64,000 nt of DNA, from assembly GCA_965203295.1 (NCBI GenBank), contig CBDBCZ010000018.1, forward strand, positions 2,176,001-2,240,000. Direction: 5' to 3'. The position numbers and the translations under genes were made by a program. A model generated the notes under the pieces. That model was given only the letters and a program-made list of their open reading frames with translations. It was not told where the DNA came from and searched no databases. The stretch is from Nitrospirales bacterium. Its GTDB lineage: Bacteria > Nitrospirota > Nitrospiria > Nitrospirales > UBA8639. This document shows, one piece after another, positions 26,501-40,049 of the stretch (position 1 is the stretch's first letter; the number at the start of each line of letters is the position of its first letter).

Positions 26501-29500
26501 GTAGCAAGTTACTTTGGCTTAAAGTCTTTGCTAGAGACAAAAAAACTAACAATTTTCAATAAAATCCTTCTTTCCTAATCTTCAGACTAACATCAACCAA
26601 ACTAAACAAGCCTTTGAATAACCAGTTCCTTTCTTAAACATCGACACTTCCTAAACATTTATTGTATCCGACTAACATCATTAAAACTAATCAAGCCTTT
26701 GAATAACCAGTTCTTTTCCTAAACAGTTGGGAAGGGTCAGATCAATGGTAGCTAGTTACTTTGGCTCAAAGTCTTTGCTAGAGACCAACAAAACTAACGA
26801 TTTTCTATAAAATACTTCTTTCCTAATCTGCAGACTAACATCAGGCAAACTAAACAAGCCTTTGAATAACTAGTTCCTTTCTTGAAGATCGATACTTCCT
26901 AAGCATGTATTGCATCTGACTAACATCATTCAAACTAAACAAGCCTTTGAATAACAAGTTCTTTTCCTAAACAGTTGGGAAGGGTCAGATCAATGGTAGC
27001 CAGTTACTTTGGCTGAAAGTCTTTGGCTGAAAGTCTTTGCCTTAGACCAACAAAACTAATTATTTTCAATAAAATCCTACTTTCCTAATCTTCAGGCTAA
27101 CATCAACAAAACTAAACAGGCCTTTGAATAACCAGCTCTTTTTCTAAACAGTTAGGAAGGGTCAGATAAATGGTAGCAAGTTAGTTTGGCTTAAAGTCTT
27201 TGCTAGAGACCAACAAAACTAACAATTTTAAATAAAATCCTTCTTTCCTAATCTGCAAACTAACATGAGGCAAACTAAACAAGCCTTTGAATAACCAGTT
27301 CCTTTCTTGAAGATCGATACTTCCTAAGCATGTATTGTATCTGACTAACATCATTCAAACTGAACAAGCCTTTGAATAACTACTTCTTTTCCTAAACAGT
27401 TGGGAAGGGTCAGATCAATGGTAGCCAGTTACTTTGGCTGAAAGTCTTTGCCTGAGACCAACAAAACTAACAATTTTCAATAAAATCCTACTTTCCTAAT
27501 CTTCAGGCTAACATCAACCAAACTAAACAAGCTTTTGAATAACCAGTTCCTTTCTTGAACATTGATACTTCCTAAGCATGTATTGTATCTGACTAATATC
27601 ATTCAAACAAAACAAGCCTTTGAATAACCAGCACTTTTTCTAAATAGTTCGGAAAGGTCAGATCAATGGTAGCTAGTAACTTTGGCTTAATTAAAGTCAT
27701 TGCAAGAGACCAACAAAACTAACAATTTTCAATAAAATCCTTCTTTCCTAAACTTCAGGCTTACATCAACAAAACTAAACAGGCCTTTGAATAAACAGTT
27801 CTTTTTCTAAACAGTTGGGAAGGGTCAGATAAATGGTAGCTAGTTACTTTGGCTTAAAGTCTTTGCTAGAGACCAACAAAACTAACAATTTTCAATAAAA
27901 TCCTTCTTTCCTAATCTTCAGACTAACATCATTCAAACTAAACAAGCCTTTGAATAACCAGTTCTTTTCCTAAACAGTTAGGAAGGGTCAGATCAATGGT
28001 AGCTAGTTACTTTTGCTGAAAGTCTTTGCCTGAGACCAACAAAACTAAAAATTTTCAATAAAATCCTTCTTTCCTAATTTTCAGACTAACATCAACCAAA
28101 CTAAACAAGCCTTTGAATAACCAGTTCCTTTCTTGAACAGCGATACTTCCTAAGCATGTATTGTATCTGACTAACATCATTTAAACTAAACAAGCCTTTG
28201 AATAACAAGTTCGTTTCCTAAACAGTTGGGAAGGGTCAAATCAATGGTAGCCAGTTACTTTGGCTGAAAGTCTTTGCCTGAGACCAACAAAACTAACAAT
28301 TTTCAATAAAATCCTTTTTTCCTAATCTTCAGACTAACATTAACCAAACTAAACAAGCCTTTGAATAACCAGTTCCTTTCTTAAACATCGACACTTCCTA
28401 AACATGTATTGTATTCGACTAACATCATTAAAACTAATCAAGCCTTTGAATAACCAGTTCTTTTCCTAAACAGTTGGGAAGGGTCAGATCAATGGTAGCT
28501 AGTTACTTTGGCTGAAAGTCTTTGCCTGAGACCAACAAAACTAACAATTTTCAATAAAATCCTACTTTCCTAATCTTCAGGCTAAAATCAACGAAACTAA
28601 ACAGGCCTTTGAATAACCAGTTCTTTTTCTAAACAGTTGGGAAGGGTCAGATAAATGGTAGCTAGTTACTTTGGCTTAAAGTCTTTGCTAGAGACCAACA
28701 AAACTAACAATTTTCAAAAAAATCCTTCTTTCCTAATCTTCAGACTAACATCATTCAAACTAAACAAGCCTTTGAATAACCAGTTCTTTTCCTAAACAGT
28801 TAGGAAGGGTCAGATGAATGGTAGCTAGTTACTTTAGCTGAAAGTCTTTGCCTGAGACCAACAAAACTAACAATTTTAAATAAAATCCTTCTTTCATAAT
28901 CTTCAGACTAACATCAACCAAACTAAACAAGCCTTTGAATAACCAATTCCTTTCTTGAACATCGACACTTCCTAAACATGTATTGTATCCGACTAACATC
29001 ATTAAAACTAATCAAGCCTTTCAATAACCAGTTCCTTTCTTGAAGAGCGATACTTCCTAAGCATGTATTGTATCTGACATAAAATCATTCAAACTAAACA
29101 AGCCTTTGAATAACCAGTTCTTTTCCTAAACAGTTGGGAAGGGTCAGATCAATGGTAGCCAGTTACTTTGGCTGAAAGTCTTTTCCTGAGACCAACTAAA
29201 CTAACAAATTTCAATAAAATCCTTCTTTCCTAATCTTCAGACTAACATCAACAAAACTAAACAAGCCTTTGAATAACCAGTTCCTTTCTTGAACATCGAT
29301 ACTTCCTAAGCGTGTATTGTATCTGACAAACATCATTCAAACTAAACAGGCCTTTGAATAACCAGTTCATTTTCTAAACAGTTGGGAAGGGTCAGATAAA
29401 TGGTAGGTAGTTACTTTGGCTTAAAGTCTTTGCTAGAGACCAACAAAACTAACAATTTTCAATAAAATCCTTCTTTCCTAATCTTCAGACTAACATCATT

Positions 29501-32500
29501 CAAACTAAACAAGCCTTTGAATAACCAGTTCTTTTCCTAAACAGTTAGGAAGGGTCAGATGAATGGTAGCTAGTTACTTTGGCTGAAAGTCTTTGCCTGA
29601 GACCAACAAAACTAACAATTTTCAATAAATTCCTTCTTTCCTAAACTTCAGACCAACATCAACCAAACTAAACAAGCCTTTGAATAACCAGTTCCTTTCT
29701 TGAGCATTGATACTTCCTAAGCATGTATTGTATCTGACTAATATCATTCAAACAAAACAAGCCTTTGAATAACCAGCTCTTTTTGTAAATAGTTGGGAAG
29801 GATCAGATCAATGGTAGCCAGTTACTTGGGCTTAAAGTCTTTGCAAGAGACCAACAAAACTAACAATTATCAATAAAATCCTTCTTTCTTAATCTTCAGG
29901 CTAAAATCAACGAAACTAAACAGGCCTTTGAATAACCAGTTCTTTTTCTAAACAGTTGGGAAGGGTCAGAAAAATGGTAGCTAGTTACTTTGGCTTAAAG
30001 TCTTTGCTAGAGACCAAAAAAAATAACAATTTTCAATAAAATCCTTCTTTCCTAATCTTCAGACTAACATCATTCAAACTAAACAAGCCTTTGAATAACC
30101 AGTTCTTTTCCTAAACAGTTAGGAAGGGTCAGATGAATGGTAGCTAGTTATTTTGGCTGAAAGTCTTTGCCTGAGACCAACAAAACTAACAATTTTCAAT
30201 AAAATCCTTCTTTCCTAATCTTCAGACTAACATCAACCAAACTAAACAAGCCTTTAAATAACCAGTTCCTTTCTTGAACATCGACACTTCTTAAACATGT
30301 ATTGTATTCGACTAACATCATTAAAACTAATCAAGCCTTTGAATAACCAGTTCTTTTCCTAAACAGCTGGGAAGGGTCAGATGAATGGTAGCTAGTTATT
30401 TTGGCTGAAAGTCTTTGCCTGAGACCAACAAAAACTAACAATTTTCAATAAAATCCTTCTTTCCTAATCTTAAGACTAACATCAACCAAACTAAACAAGC
30501 CTTTGAATGACCAGTTCCTTTCTTGAACATCGATACTTCATAAGCGTGTATTGTATCTGACTAACATTCCAACTAAACAAGCCGTTGAATAACCAGTTCT
30601 TTTCCAAAACAGTTGTTAAGGGTCAGATCAATGGTAGCCAGTTACTTTGGCTGAAAGTCTTTGCCTGAGACCAACAAAATTAACAATTTTAGATAAAATC
30701 CTTCTTTCCTAATTTTCAGGCTAACATCAACAAAACTAAACAGGCCTTTGAATAACTAGCTCTTTTTCTAAACAGTTGGGAAGGGTCAGATAAATGGTAG
30801 CAAGTTACTTTGGCTTAAAGTTTTTGTTAGAGACCAACAAAACTAACAATTTTCAATAAAATCCTTCATTCCTAATCTTCAGAATAACATCATTCAAACT
30901 AAACAAGCCTTTGAATAACCAGTTCTTTTTCTAAACAGTTGGGAAGGGTCAGATAAATGGTAGCTAGTTACTTTGGCTTAAAGTATTTGCTAGAGACCAA
31001 CAAAACTAACAATTTTCAATAAAATACTTCTTTCCTAATCTTCAGACTAACATCATGCAAACTAAACAAGCCTTTGAATAACCAGTTCTTTTCCTAAACA
31101 GTTAGGAAGGGTCAGATCAATGGTAGCTAGTTACTTTGGCTGAAAGTCTTTGCCTGAGACCAACAAAACTATCAATTTTCAATAAATCCTTCTTTCCTAA
31201 TCATCAGACTAACATCAACCAAACTAAACAAGCCTTTGAATAACCAGCTCCTTTCTTGAACATCGACACTTCCTAACATGTATTTTATCCGACTAACATC
31301 ATTAAAACTAATCAAGCCTTTCAATAACCAGTTCCTTTCTTGAAGAGCGATACTTCCTAAGCATGTATTGTATCTGACTAACATCATTCAAACTAAACAA
31401 GCCTTTGAATAACCAGTTCTTTTCCTAAACAGTTGGGAAGGGTCAAATCAATGGTAGCCAGTTACTTTGGCTGAAAGTCTTTTCCTGAGACCAACAAAAG
31501 TAACAATTTTAAATAAAATCCATCTTTCCTAATCTTCAGACTAACATCAACCAAACTAAACAAGCCTTTGAATAACCAGTTCCTTTCTTAAACATCGACA
31601 CTTCCTAAACATGTATTGTATCCGACTAACATCATTAAAACTAATCAAGCCTTTGAATAACCAGTTCTTTTCCTAAACAGTTGGGAAGGGTCAGATCAAT
31701 GGTAGCTAGTTACTTTGGCTTAAAGTCTTTGCTAGAGACCAACAAAACTAACGATTTTCTATATAATACTTCTTTCCTAATCTGCAGACTAACATCAGGC
31801 AAACTAAACAAGCCTTTGAATAACCAGTTCCTTTCTTGAAGATCGATACTTCCTAAGCATGTATTGTATCTGACTAACATCATTCAAACTAAACAAGCCT
31901 TTGAATAACAAGTTCTTTTCCTAAACAGTTGAGAAGGGTCAGATCAATGGTAGCCAGTTACTTTGGCTTAAAGTCTTTGCTAGAGACAAAAAAACTAACA
32001 ATTTTAAATAAAATCCTTCTTTCCTAATCTGCAAACTAACATCAACCAAACTAAACAAGCCTTTGAATAACCAGTTCCTTTCTTGAACATTGATACTTCC
32101 TAAGCATGTATTGAATCTGACTAATATCATTCAAACAAAACAAGCCTTTAAATAACCAGCTCTTTTTCTAAATAGTTCGGAAGGGTCAGATAAATGGTAG
32201 CTAGTAACTTTGGCTTAAAGTCTTTGCTAGAGACCAACAAAACTAACAATTTTCAATAAAATCCTTCTTTCCTAATCTTCAGGCTAACATCAAAAAACTA
32301 AACAGGCCTTTGAATAACCAGTTCTTTTTCTAAACAGTTGGGAAGGGTCAGAAAAATGGTAGCTAGTTACTTTGGCTTAAAGTCTTTGCTAGAGACCAAC
32401 AAAACTAACAATTTTCAATAAAATCCTTCTTTCCTAATCTTCAGACTAACATCATTCAAACTAAACAAGCCTTTGAATAACCAGTTCTTTTCCTAAACAG

Positions 32501-35500
32501 TTAGGAAGGGTCAGATGAATGGTAGCTAGTTACTTTGGCTGAAAGTCTTTGCCTGAGACAAACAAAACTAACAATTTTCAATAAAATCCTTCTTTCCTAA
32601 TCTTCAGACAAACATCAACCAAACTAAACAAGCCTTTGAATAACCAGTTCCTTTCTTGAAAATCGACACTTCTTAAACATGTATTGTATTCGACTAACAT
32701 CATTAAAACTAATCAAGCCTTTGAATAACCAGTTCTTTTCCTAAACAGCTGGGAAGAGTCAGATCAATGGTAGCTAGTTACTTTGGCTCAAAGTCTTTGC
32801 TAGAGACCAACAAAACTAACGATTTTCTATAAAATACTTCTTTCCTTATCTGCAGACTAACATCAAGCAAACTAAACAAGCCTTTGAATAACCAGTTCCT
32901 TTCTTGAACTTCGATACTTCCTAAGCATGTATTGTATCTGACTAACATCATTCAAACTAAACAAGCCTTTGAATAACAAGTTCTTTTCCTAAACAGTTGG
33001 GAAGGGTCAGATCAATGGTAGCCAGTTACATGTACTTTGGCTGAAAGTCCTTGCCTGAGACCAACAAAAACTAACAATTTTCAATAAAATCATTCTTTCC
33101 TAATCTTCAGACTAACATCAACCAAACAAAACAAGCCTTTGAATAACCAGTTCCTTTCTTGAACATCGATACTTCCTAAGCGTGTGTTGTATCTGACAAA
33201 CATCATTCAAACTAAACAAGCCTTTGAATAACCAGTTCTTTTCCAAAACAGTTGTTAAGGGTCAGATCAATGGTAGCCAGTTACTTTGGCTGAAAGTCTT
33301 TGCCTGAGACCAACAAAACTAACAATTTTAGATAAAATCCTTCTTTCCTAATTTTCAGGCTAACATCAACAAAACTAAACAGGCCTTTGAATAACCAGCT
33401 CTTTTTCTAAACAGTTGGGAAGGGTCAGATAAATGGTAGCAAGTTACTTTGGCTTAAAGTCTTTGCTATAGACAAAAAAACTAACAATTTTAAATAAAAT
33501 CCTTCTTTCCTAATCTTCAGACTAACATCAACCAAACTAAACAAGCCTTTGAATAACCAGTTCCTTTCTTGAACATTGATACTTCCTAAGTATGTATTGT
33601 ATCTGACTAATATCATTCAAACAAAACAAGCCTTTGAATAACCAGCTTATTTTCTAATTAGTTCGGAAGGGTCAGATCAATGGTAACTAGTAACTTTGGC
33701 TTAAAGTCTTTGCTAGAGAGCAACAAAACTAACAATTTTCAATAAAATCCTTCTTTCCTAATCTTCAGGCTAACATCAACAAAACTAAAAAGGCCTTTGA
33801 ATAACCAGTTCTTTTCTAAACAGTTAGGAAGGGTCAGAAAAATGGTAGCTAGTTACTTTGGCTTAAAGTTTTTGTTAGAGACCAACAAAACTAACAATTT
33901 TCAATGAATCCTTCTTTCCTAATCTTCAGAATAACATCATTCAAACTAAACAAGCCTTTGAATAACCAGTTCTTTTTCTAAACAGTTGGGAAGGGTCAGA
34001 TCAATGGTAGCTAGTGACTTTGGCTTAAAGTCTTTGCCAGAGACCAACAAATCTAACAATTTTCAATGAAATCCTTCTTTCCTAAGCTTCAGACTAACAT
34101 CAACCAAACTAAACAAGCCTTTGAATAACCAGTACCGGTCTTGAACATCGATACTTCCTAAGCATGTATTGTATCCGACTAACATCACTCAAACTAAACA
34201 AGCTATAAAATCTTAAAAAAATTTCTTTCCTAGACAGTTGGGAAGGGTCAGATCAATGGTAGCTAGATGTTTTGACTGAAAGTTTCCTGAGACCAATAAA
34301 GCTAAAATTGTACCAATTATTAGTGAAAACCCTTACTTTCTAAGCATGTATGTATTGTATCCGACAAACATCATTTATATTAAACAAATGATTGAATCAT
34401 AAACCAGTTCCTTTCCAAGACAGTTGGGAGGGGTCAGATCAATGGTAGCTAGATACTTTGGCTGAAAGTCTTTACCTGAGACCAACAAAACTAACAATTT
34501 TCAATAAAATCCTCCTTTCCTAATCTTCAGACTAACATCAACTAAACTAAACAAGCCTTTGAATAACCAGTTCCTTTCTTGAACATCGATACTTCCTAAA
34601 CATGTATTGTATCCGACTAACATCATTCAAACTAAACAAGCCTTTGAATAACCAGTTCTTTTTCTAAACAGTTGGGAAGGGTCAGATCAATGGTAGCTAG
34701 TTACTTTGGCTCAAAGTCTTTGCTAGAGACCAACAAAACTAACGATTTTCAATAAAATTCTTCTTTACTAATCTTCAGACTAACATCAACCAAACTAAAC
34801 AAGCCTTTGAATAACCACTTCCTTTCTTGAAAATTGATACTTCCTAAGCATGTATTGTATCTGACTAATATAATTCAAACAAACAAACCCTTGAATAACC
34901 AGCACTTTTTCTAAATAGTTCGGAAAGGTAAGATCAATGGTAGCTAGTAACTTTGGCTTAAAGTCATTGCAAGAGACCAACAAAACTAACAATTTTCAAT
35001 AAAATCCTTCTTTCCTAATCTTAAGACTAACATCAACCAAACTAAACAAGCCTTTGAATAACCAGTTCCTTTCTTGAACAGCGATACTTCCTAAACATGT
35101 ATTGTATCCGACCAACATCATTAAAACTAATCAAGCCTTTGAATAACCAGTTCTTTTCCTAAACAGTTGGGAAGGGTCAGATCAATGGTAGCTAGTTACT
35201 TTGGCTCATAGTCTTTGCTAGAGACCAACAAAACTAACAATTTTCATTAAAATCCTTCTTTCCTAATCTTCAGACTAACATAAACGAAACTAAAAAAGCC
35301 CTTAAATAACAAGTTCCTTTCTTGAACATCGATACTTCCTCAGCGTGTATTGTATCTGACTAACATCATTCAAACTAAACAAGCCTTTGAATAACCAGTT
35401 CTTTTTTAAACAGTTGGGAAGAGTCAGATCAATGGTAGCTAGTGACTTTGGCTTAAAGTCTTTGCCAGAGACCAACAAATCTAACAATTTTCAATGAAAT

Positions 35501-36991
35501 CCTTCTTTCCTAATCTTCAGACTAACATCAACCAAACTAAACAAGCCTTTGAATAACCAGCTCCGGTCTTGAACATCGATACTTCCTAAGCATGTATTGT
35601 ATCCGACTAACATCATTCAAACTAAACAAGCTATTGAATCTTAAAACAATTTCTTTCCTAGACAGTTGGGAAGGGTCAGATCAATGGTTGCTAGTTGTTT
35701 TGACTGAAAGTTTCCTGAGACCAATAAAGCTAAAATTGTACCAATTATTAGTGAAAACCCTTACTTTCTAAGCATGTATGTATTGTATCTGACAAACATC
35801 ATTTAAACTAAACAAATGATTGAATCACAAACCAGTTCCTTTCCAAGACAGTTGGGAGGGGTCAGATCAATGGTAGCTAGATACTTTGGCTGAAAGTCTT
35901 TACCTGAGACCAACAAAAATAACAATTTTCAATAAAATCCTCTTTTCCTAATCTTCAGACTAACATCAACTAAACAAAATAAGCCTTTGAATAACCAGTT
36001 CCTTTCTTGAACATCGATACTTCCTAAACATGTATTGTATCCGACTAACATCATTCAAACTAAACAACCTATTAAATCTTACACCAATTTCTTTCCTAGA
36101 CACTTGGGAAGGGTCCGATCAATGGTAGCTACTTAGTTTTGCTGAAAGTCTTTGCCTGAGACCAATTAAACTGATAATTTTCAGTCAAAACCCTTACTTC
36201 CTAAGTATGTATTGTATCTGACAAACATCATTAAAACTAAACAAGCTATTGAATCTTAAACCAGTTCTCTACTTAGAAAGTTAGGAAGGGTCAGATCAAT
36301 GGTAGCTAGTTGTTTTGACTGAAAGTTTCCTTAGACCAATAAAGCTAAAATTGTACCAATTATTAGTGAAAACCCTTACTTTCAAAGCATGTATGTGTTG
36401 TATCTGACAAACATCATTTAAACTAAACAAATGATTGAATCTTAAACCAGTTCCTTTCCAAGACAGTTGGGAATGGGTCAGACAAATGGTAGCTAGTTAC
36501 TTTGGCTTAAAGTCTTTGCCAGAGACCAACAAAATTAACAATTTTTGAATAAAATCCTTCTTTCCTAATCTTCAGACTAACATCAACCAAACTAAACAAG
36601 CTTTTGAATAACCAGTTCCTTTTTTGAACATCGATACTTCCTTAGCATGTATCGTATATGACTAACATCATTCAAACTAAACAAGCCTTTGAATAACCAG
36701 TTTTTTTTCTAAACAGTTGGGCAGGGTCAGATATATAAAGGTAGCTAGTTACCTTGGCTTAAAGTCTTTGCCAGAGACCAACAAAACTAAAAATAATATT
36801 CTTCTTTCCTAATCTTCAGACTAAAACTAAACAAGCCTTTGAATAACAAGTTCCTTTCTTGAACATCAATACTTCCTAAGAATGTATTGTATTTGACTAT
36901 CATTCAAACTAAACAAGCCTTTGCATAACCAGTTCTTTTCCTAAACAGTTGGGAAGGGTAAGATCAATGGTAGCTTGTTACTTTGGCTTAA

Positions 36992-37070
36992 CACTTAGAA
37001 CGCGGAGGGCCAATATATTGGCCCGCTAAGTATGCGTGCGTAGCGTGGAGGGCCAATATATTGGCTGCTT
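36992..37070 (+). mobile_element. Probable left terminus of a second piggyBac-like element at the satellite boundary
   Basis: Satellite stops at GGCTTAA followed by CACTTAGAACGCGG. GGAGGGCCAATATATTGGC occurs twice 43 bp apart (37004, 37047); the first copy contains the perfect palindrome GGGCCAATATATTGGCCC. No partner TIR seen in the window. Confidence 0.55.
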
Positions 37071-38638
37071 GGCGCTATTGGCTTCTACGTCTGTATAACG
37101 TTTTGATAAGCGCTGATTTTGAGTGCTGATAGTCAGCAGGGGAGTTCCCCTATCTGTAATCAGCCTTTGCTGACGTAGGCTCTAAACAACGAAGCCCTAC
37201 AACCGAAAATACGGCCGAACACGAGATTATAGCCATGGCTGCCGATCGAGACAAGCGCCCAGAACGGCGCGTGGATGCCGCTGCTGTTGTTTCACGCTGC
37301 TTGTGTGGCTGCCTAAGGTTCTCTGGACTACATCTGCATCTTTTTTCGCCGCCTCAGTCTCTAGCAGGGCACTGGATCGCTTGAGATTGGTGGAGCTACT
37401 CGGGTAAGTATGAACCGCCTATTGTAGCCCGCTTTTTATAGCTCTGTTAAGCTATAAACCCAGACGTGAATTTCCATGCCATAGAGTTTGCAGTATTCTC
37501 AATCGCGGCAATGCTGTGAAAATGGCAGTGCTACATGTACGAAAAGCAACTTGTACTGTACCAATCCATTCTCACTACTGTTGATGACAATTGTCCAAGT
37601 GCTGGATTTTCACACAGCAGGTCACATAGAACTTCTCCACAGTAATAAGTGTACGTTACACAGGAGGAAAAGAAAATTATATATCCTTACATATCTCTCT
37701 TCAGAGTGTAGTTTAATCTTACTCAAAATTGTGTGGTAGTGCTAGCAGTTCCCCAGATGCAAAGGCTGGTAAACCACGAGGGGTCCTTATGTCCGCTTCC
37801 ATTTCATCTTGCACTGCTGTACCTACATGTAAGTAAATGCACATGCACAGCAATGTAAAAAAACAAAGGTAAAATTTTATTCATGCGTTGTAATATGGTA
37901 TAATGAGCCTCAGATGTATGCACATGTGGAAAACAAGCTAGAAACCTATCTTCAGAACTACATGACTGGCCGAGTAAGAGAGGCTAGTAACGAAAATGTC
38001 ATAGTTTGTAATTAGGGTGGATTTATCAAGCTCCTTCTTGAGCTTACATGTACATGTACTACAGTGTGTATTGCTGATCAACGTGCGATGAACGCTGTTA
38101 GATTAATTGCTAAGTAAATGAATTATGTATAAAAATGTTATCAGGCAGTTATCTATGGTAGAACAGCAAAATGTTTACATGCACTACAAGAAGCACACTG
38201 AGACTATGCAGAAACAGGAGGAACTGAGTTTAGTCAGAAGCTGTAGTAATACGTAATCAAACTAGCTGTAGACTTTCAGTATAACCACATACAATAAGTA
38301 ATCATAAGTGGCTGCATATCACAATTGTACTTTACCATACAGTTAGTGTCAGTCATAGTAGAAATTACTAGAGCAGTTAACTATCAAAACCACAGCCTCT
38401 TTACTTTGTCAGCAATTAAGTCACTTAGCCTGCTAAAATTTAATGGATTGAATTTAATTGGCCTGTTTTCAGCCCCTGACATCTCAAAATTCATTGCGTC
38501 AGAAATACTGGAATGGGTTCATTATACAAATGAGTATCAAATATACGACTGTACTCACCCAGCATGCTCCATGGCTCTCCCAGCACTGGAACCGACGTCA
38601 TTAGAGACGGCTTTGTCAGCCGCATAACTGTATGCAGT

Positions 38639-39200
<562 letters not shown>

Positions 39201-40049
39201 GGTGTTCTAGTTTCACCGAACAGTGAGGACAAAGCTGATATGAGGTTTTGGGGGCCCCAAGGCAAGCCTAATGATTTTGCTATGCCCACGTGTGTGCATG
39301 TATGTTATGATAGATAAAGACAGTCACATGTGTTTGCAGGGGGTGTTTTGGAGTGCACCATGTGTGTGTAGTAGATGCAGTTTAATGCTTCTTTGTGCAC
39401 ACAGGTCTTTGTCTATACATATATGTACTGTCTTTATCAGATTTGAGTGATATAATCAGTAAGCTAAAGCTGATTTTAGCAGCTGAGATAGTATAGCTGT
39501 AGTCAGACCTATCATCAGATATATAATTTTAAAGCAGATTGAATTGGCCAATAAAACAAATGTCAGAAGTAATTCATGGTGTAAACACTCACAGCCAGCA
39601 GCTCATTGGGATCAAACATTGACTCTTTCTTGTCTTCAGCTGCTTTCTTTTCTTCTTTCGCTCTGTAATGAGTCTGTAGGACAACAGGCAGACAGGCACA
39701 CACGTTATCTAATAGGTAACTATTCTGTAGGTCCACACAAGTGGCCCACTACCACATGGAAACATCACTGTGGTCATGTACTTTGATTCTGCAAGAAACA
39801 ATGCGAATGTAGCTAGGTCTACATGATATGTGAACTTAGTTACAGGAAATTACAAAAGTGATTGAGTGTCAGTGTAATAAATTGCCCTACTTGGTACCGT
39901 TTGAAAAATATCTGTGTGATTTCTGTTGGTTGATCGACATGAAGACAGCACGTACATACCAAAACCTTCTCACAACACTGTGTAAGTGATTAAGTTTTTT
40001 TCCTTTCACGATCACAATCTGTACATGTCTATCCAATGAACCATTATTA

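Larger units (their letters stand above)
1..36991. repeat. Complex tandem satellite of 85-bp (S) and 163-bp (L) monomers; continues past the left window edge
   Basis: Core GACTAACATCA..CAAACTAAACAAGCCTTTGAATAACCAGTTC recurs throughout. GCCT anchors at 1232, 1317 and 1480 give spacings of 85 and 163. S carries GATACTTCCTAAGCATGTATTGTATC; L carries GGGAAGGGTCAGATCAATGGTAGCTAGTTACTTTGGC. Confidence 0.97.

Noticed and set aside
31172..35487. Minus-strand ORFs (ERNWLFKGLFSL...) as a repeat protein
   Set aside because: Chance open frames of satellite monomers; sister monomers carry stops.
1..36991. CRISPR-like array (constant core with intervening sequence)
   Set aside because: The intervening sequences are two recurring monomer bodies, not unique spacers. 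No cas genes; eukaryotic context.
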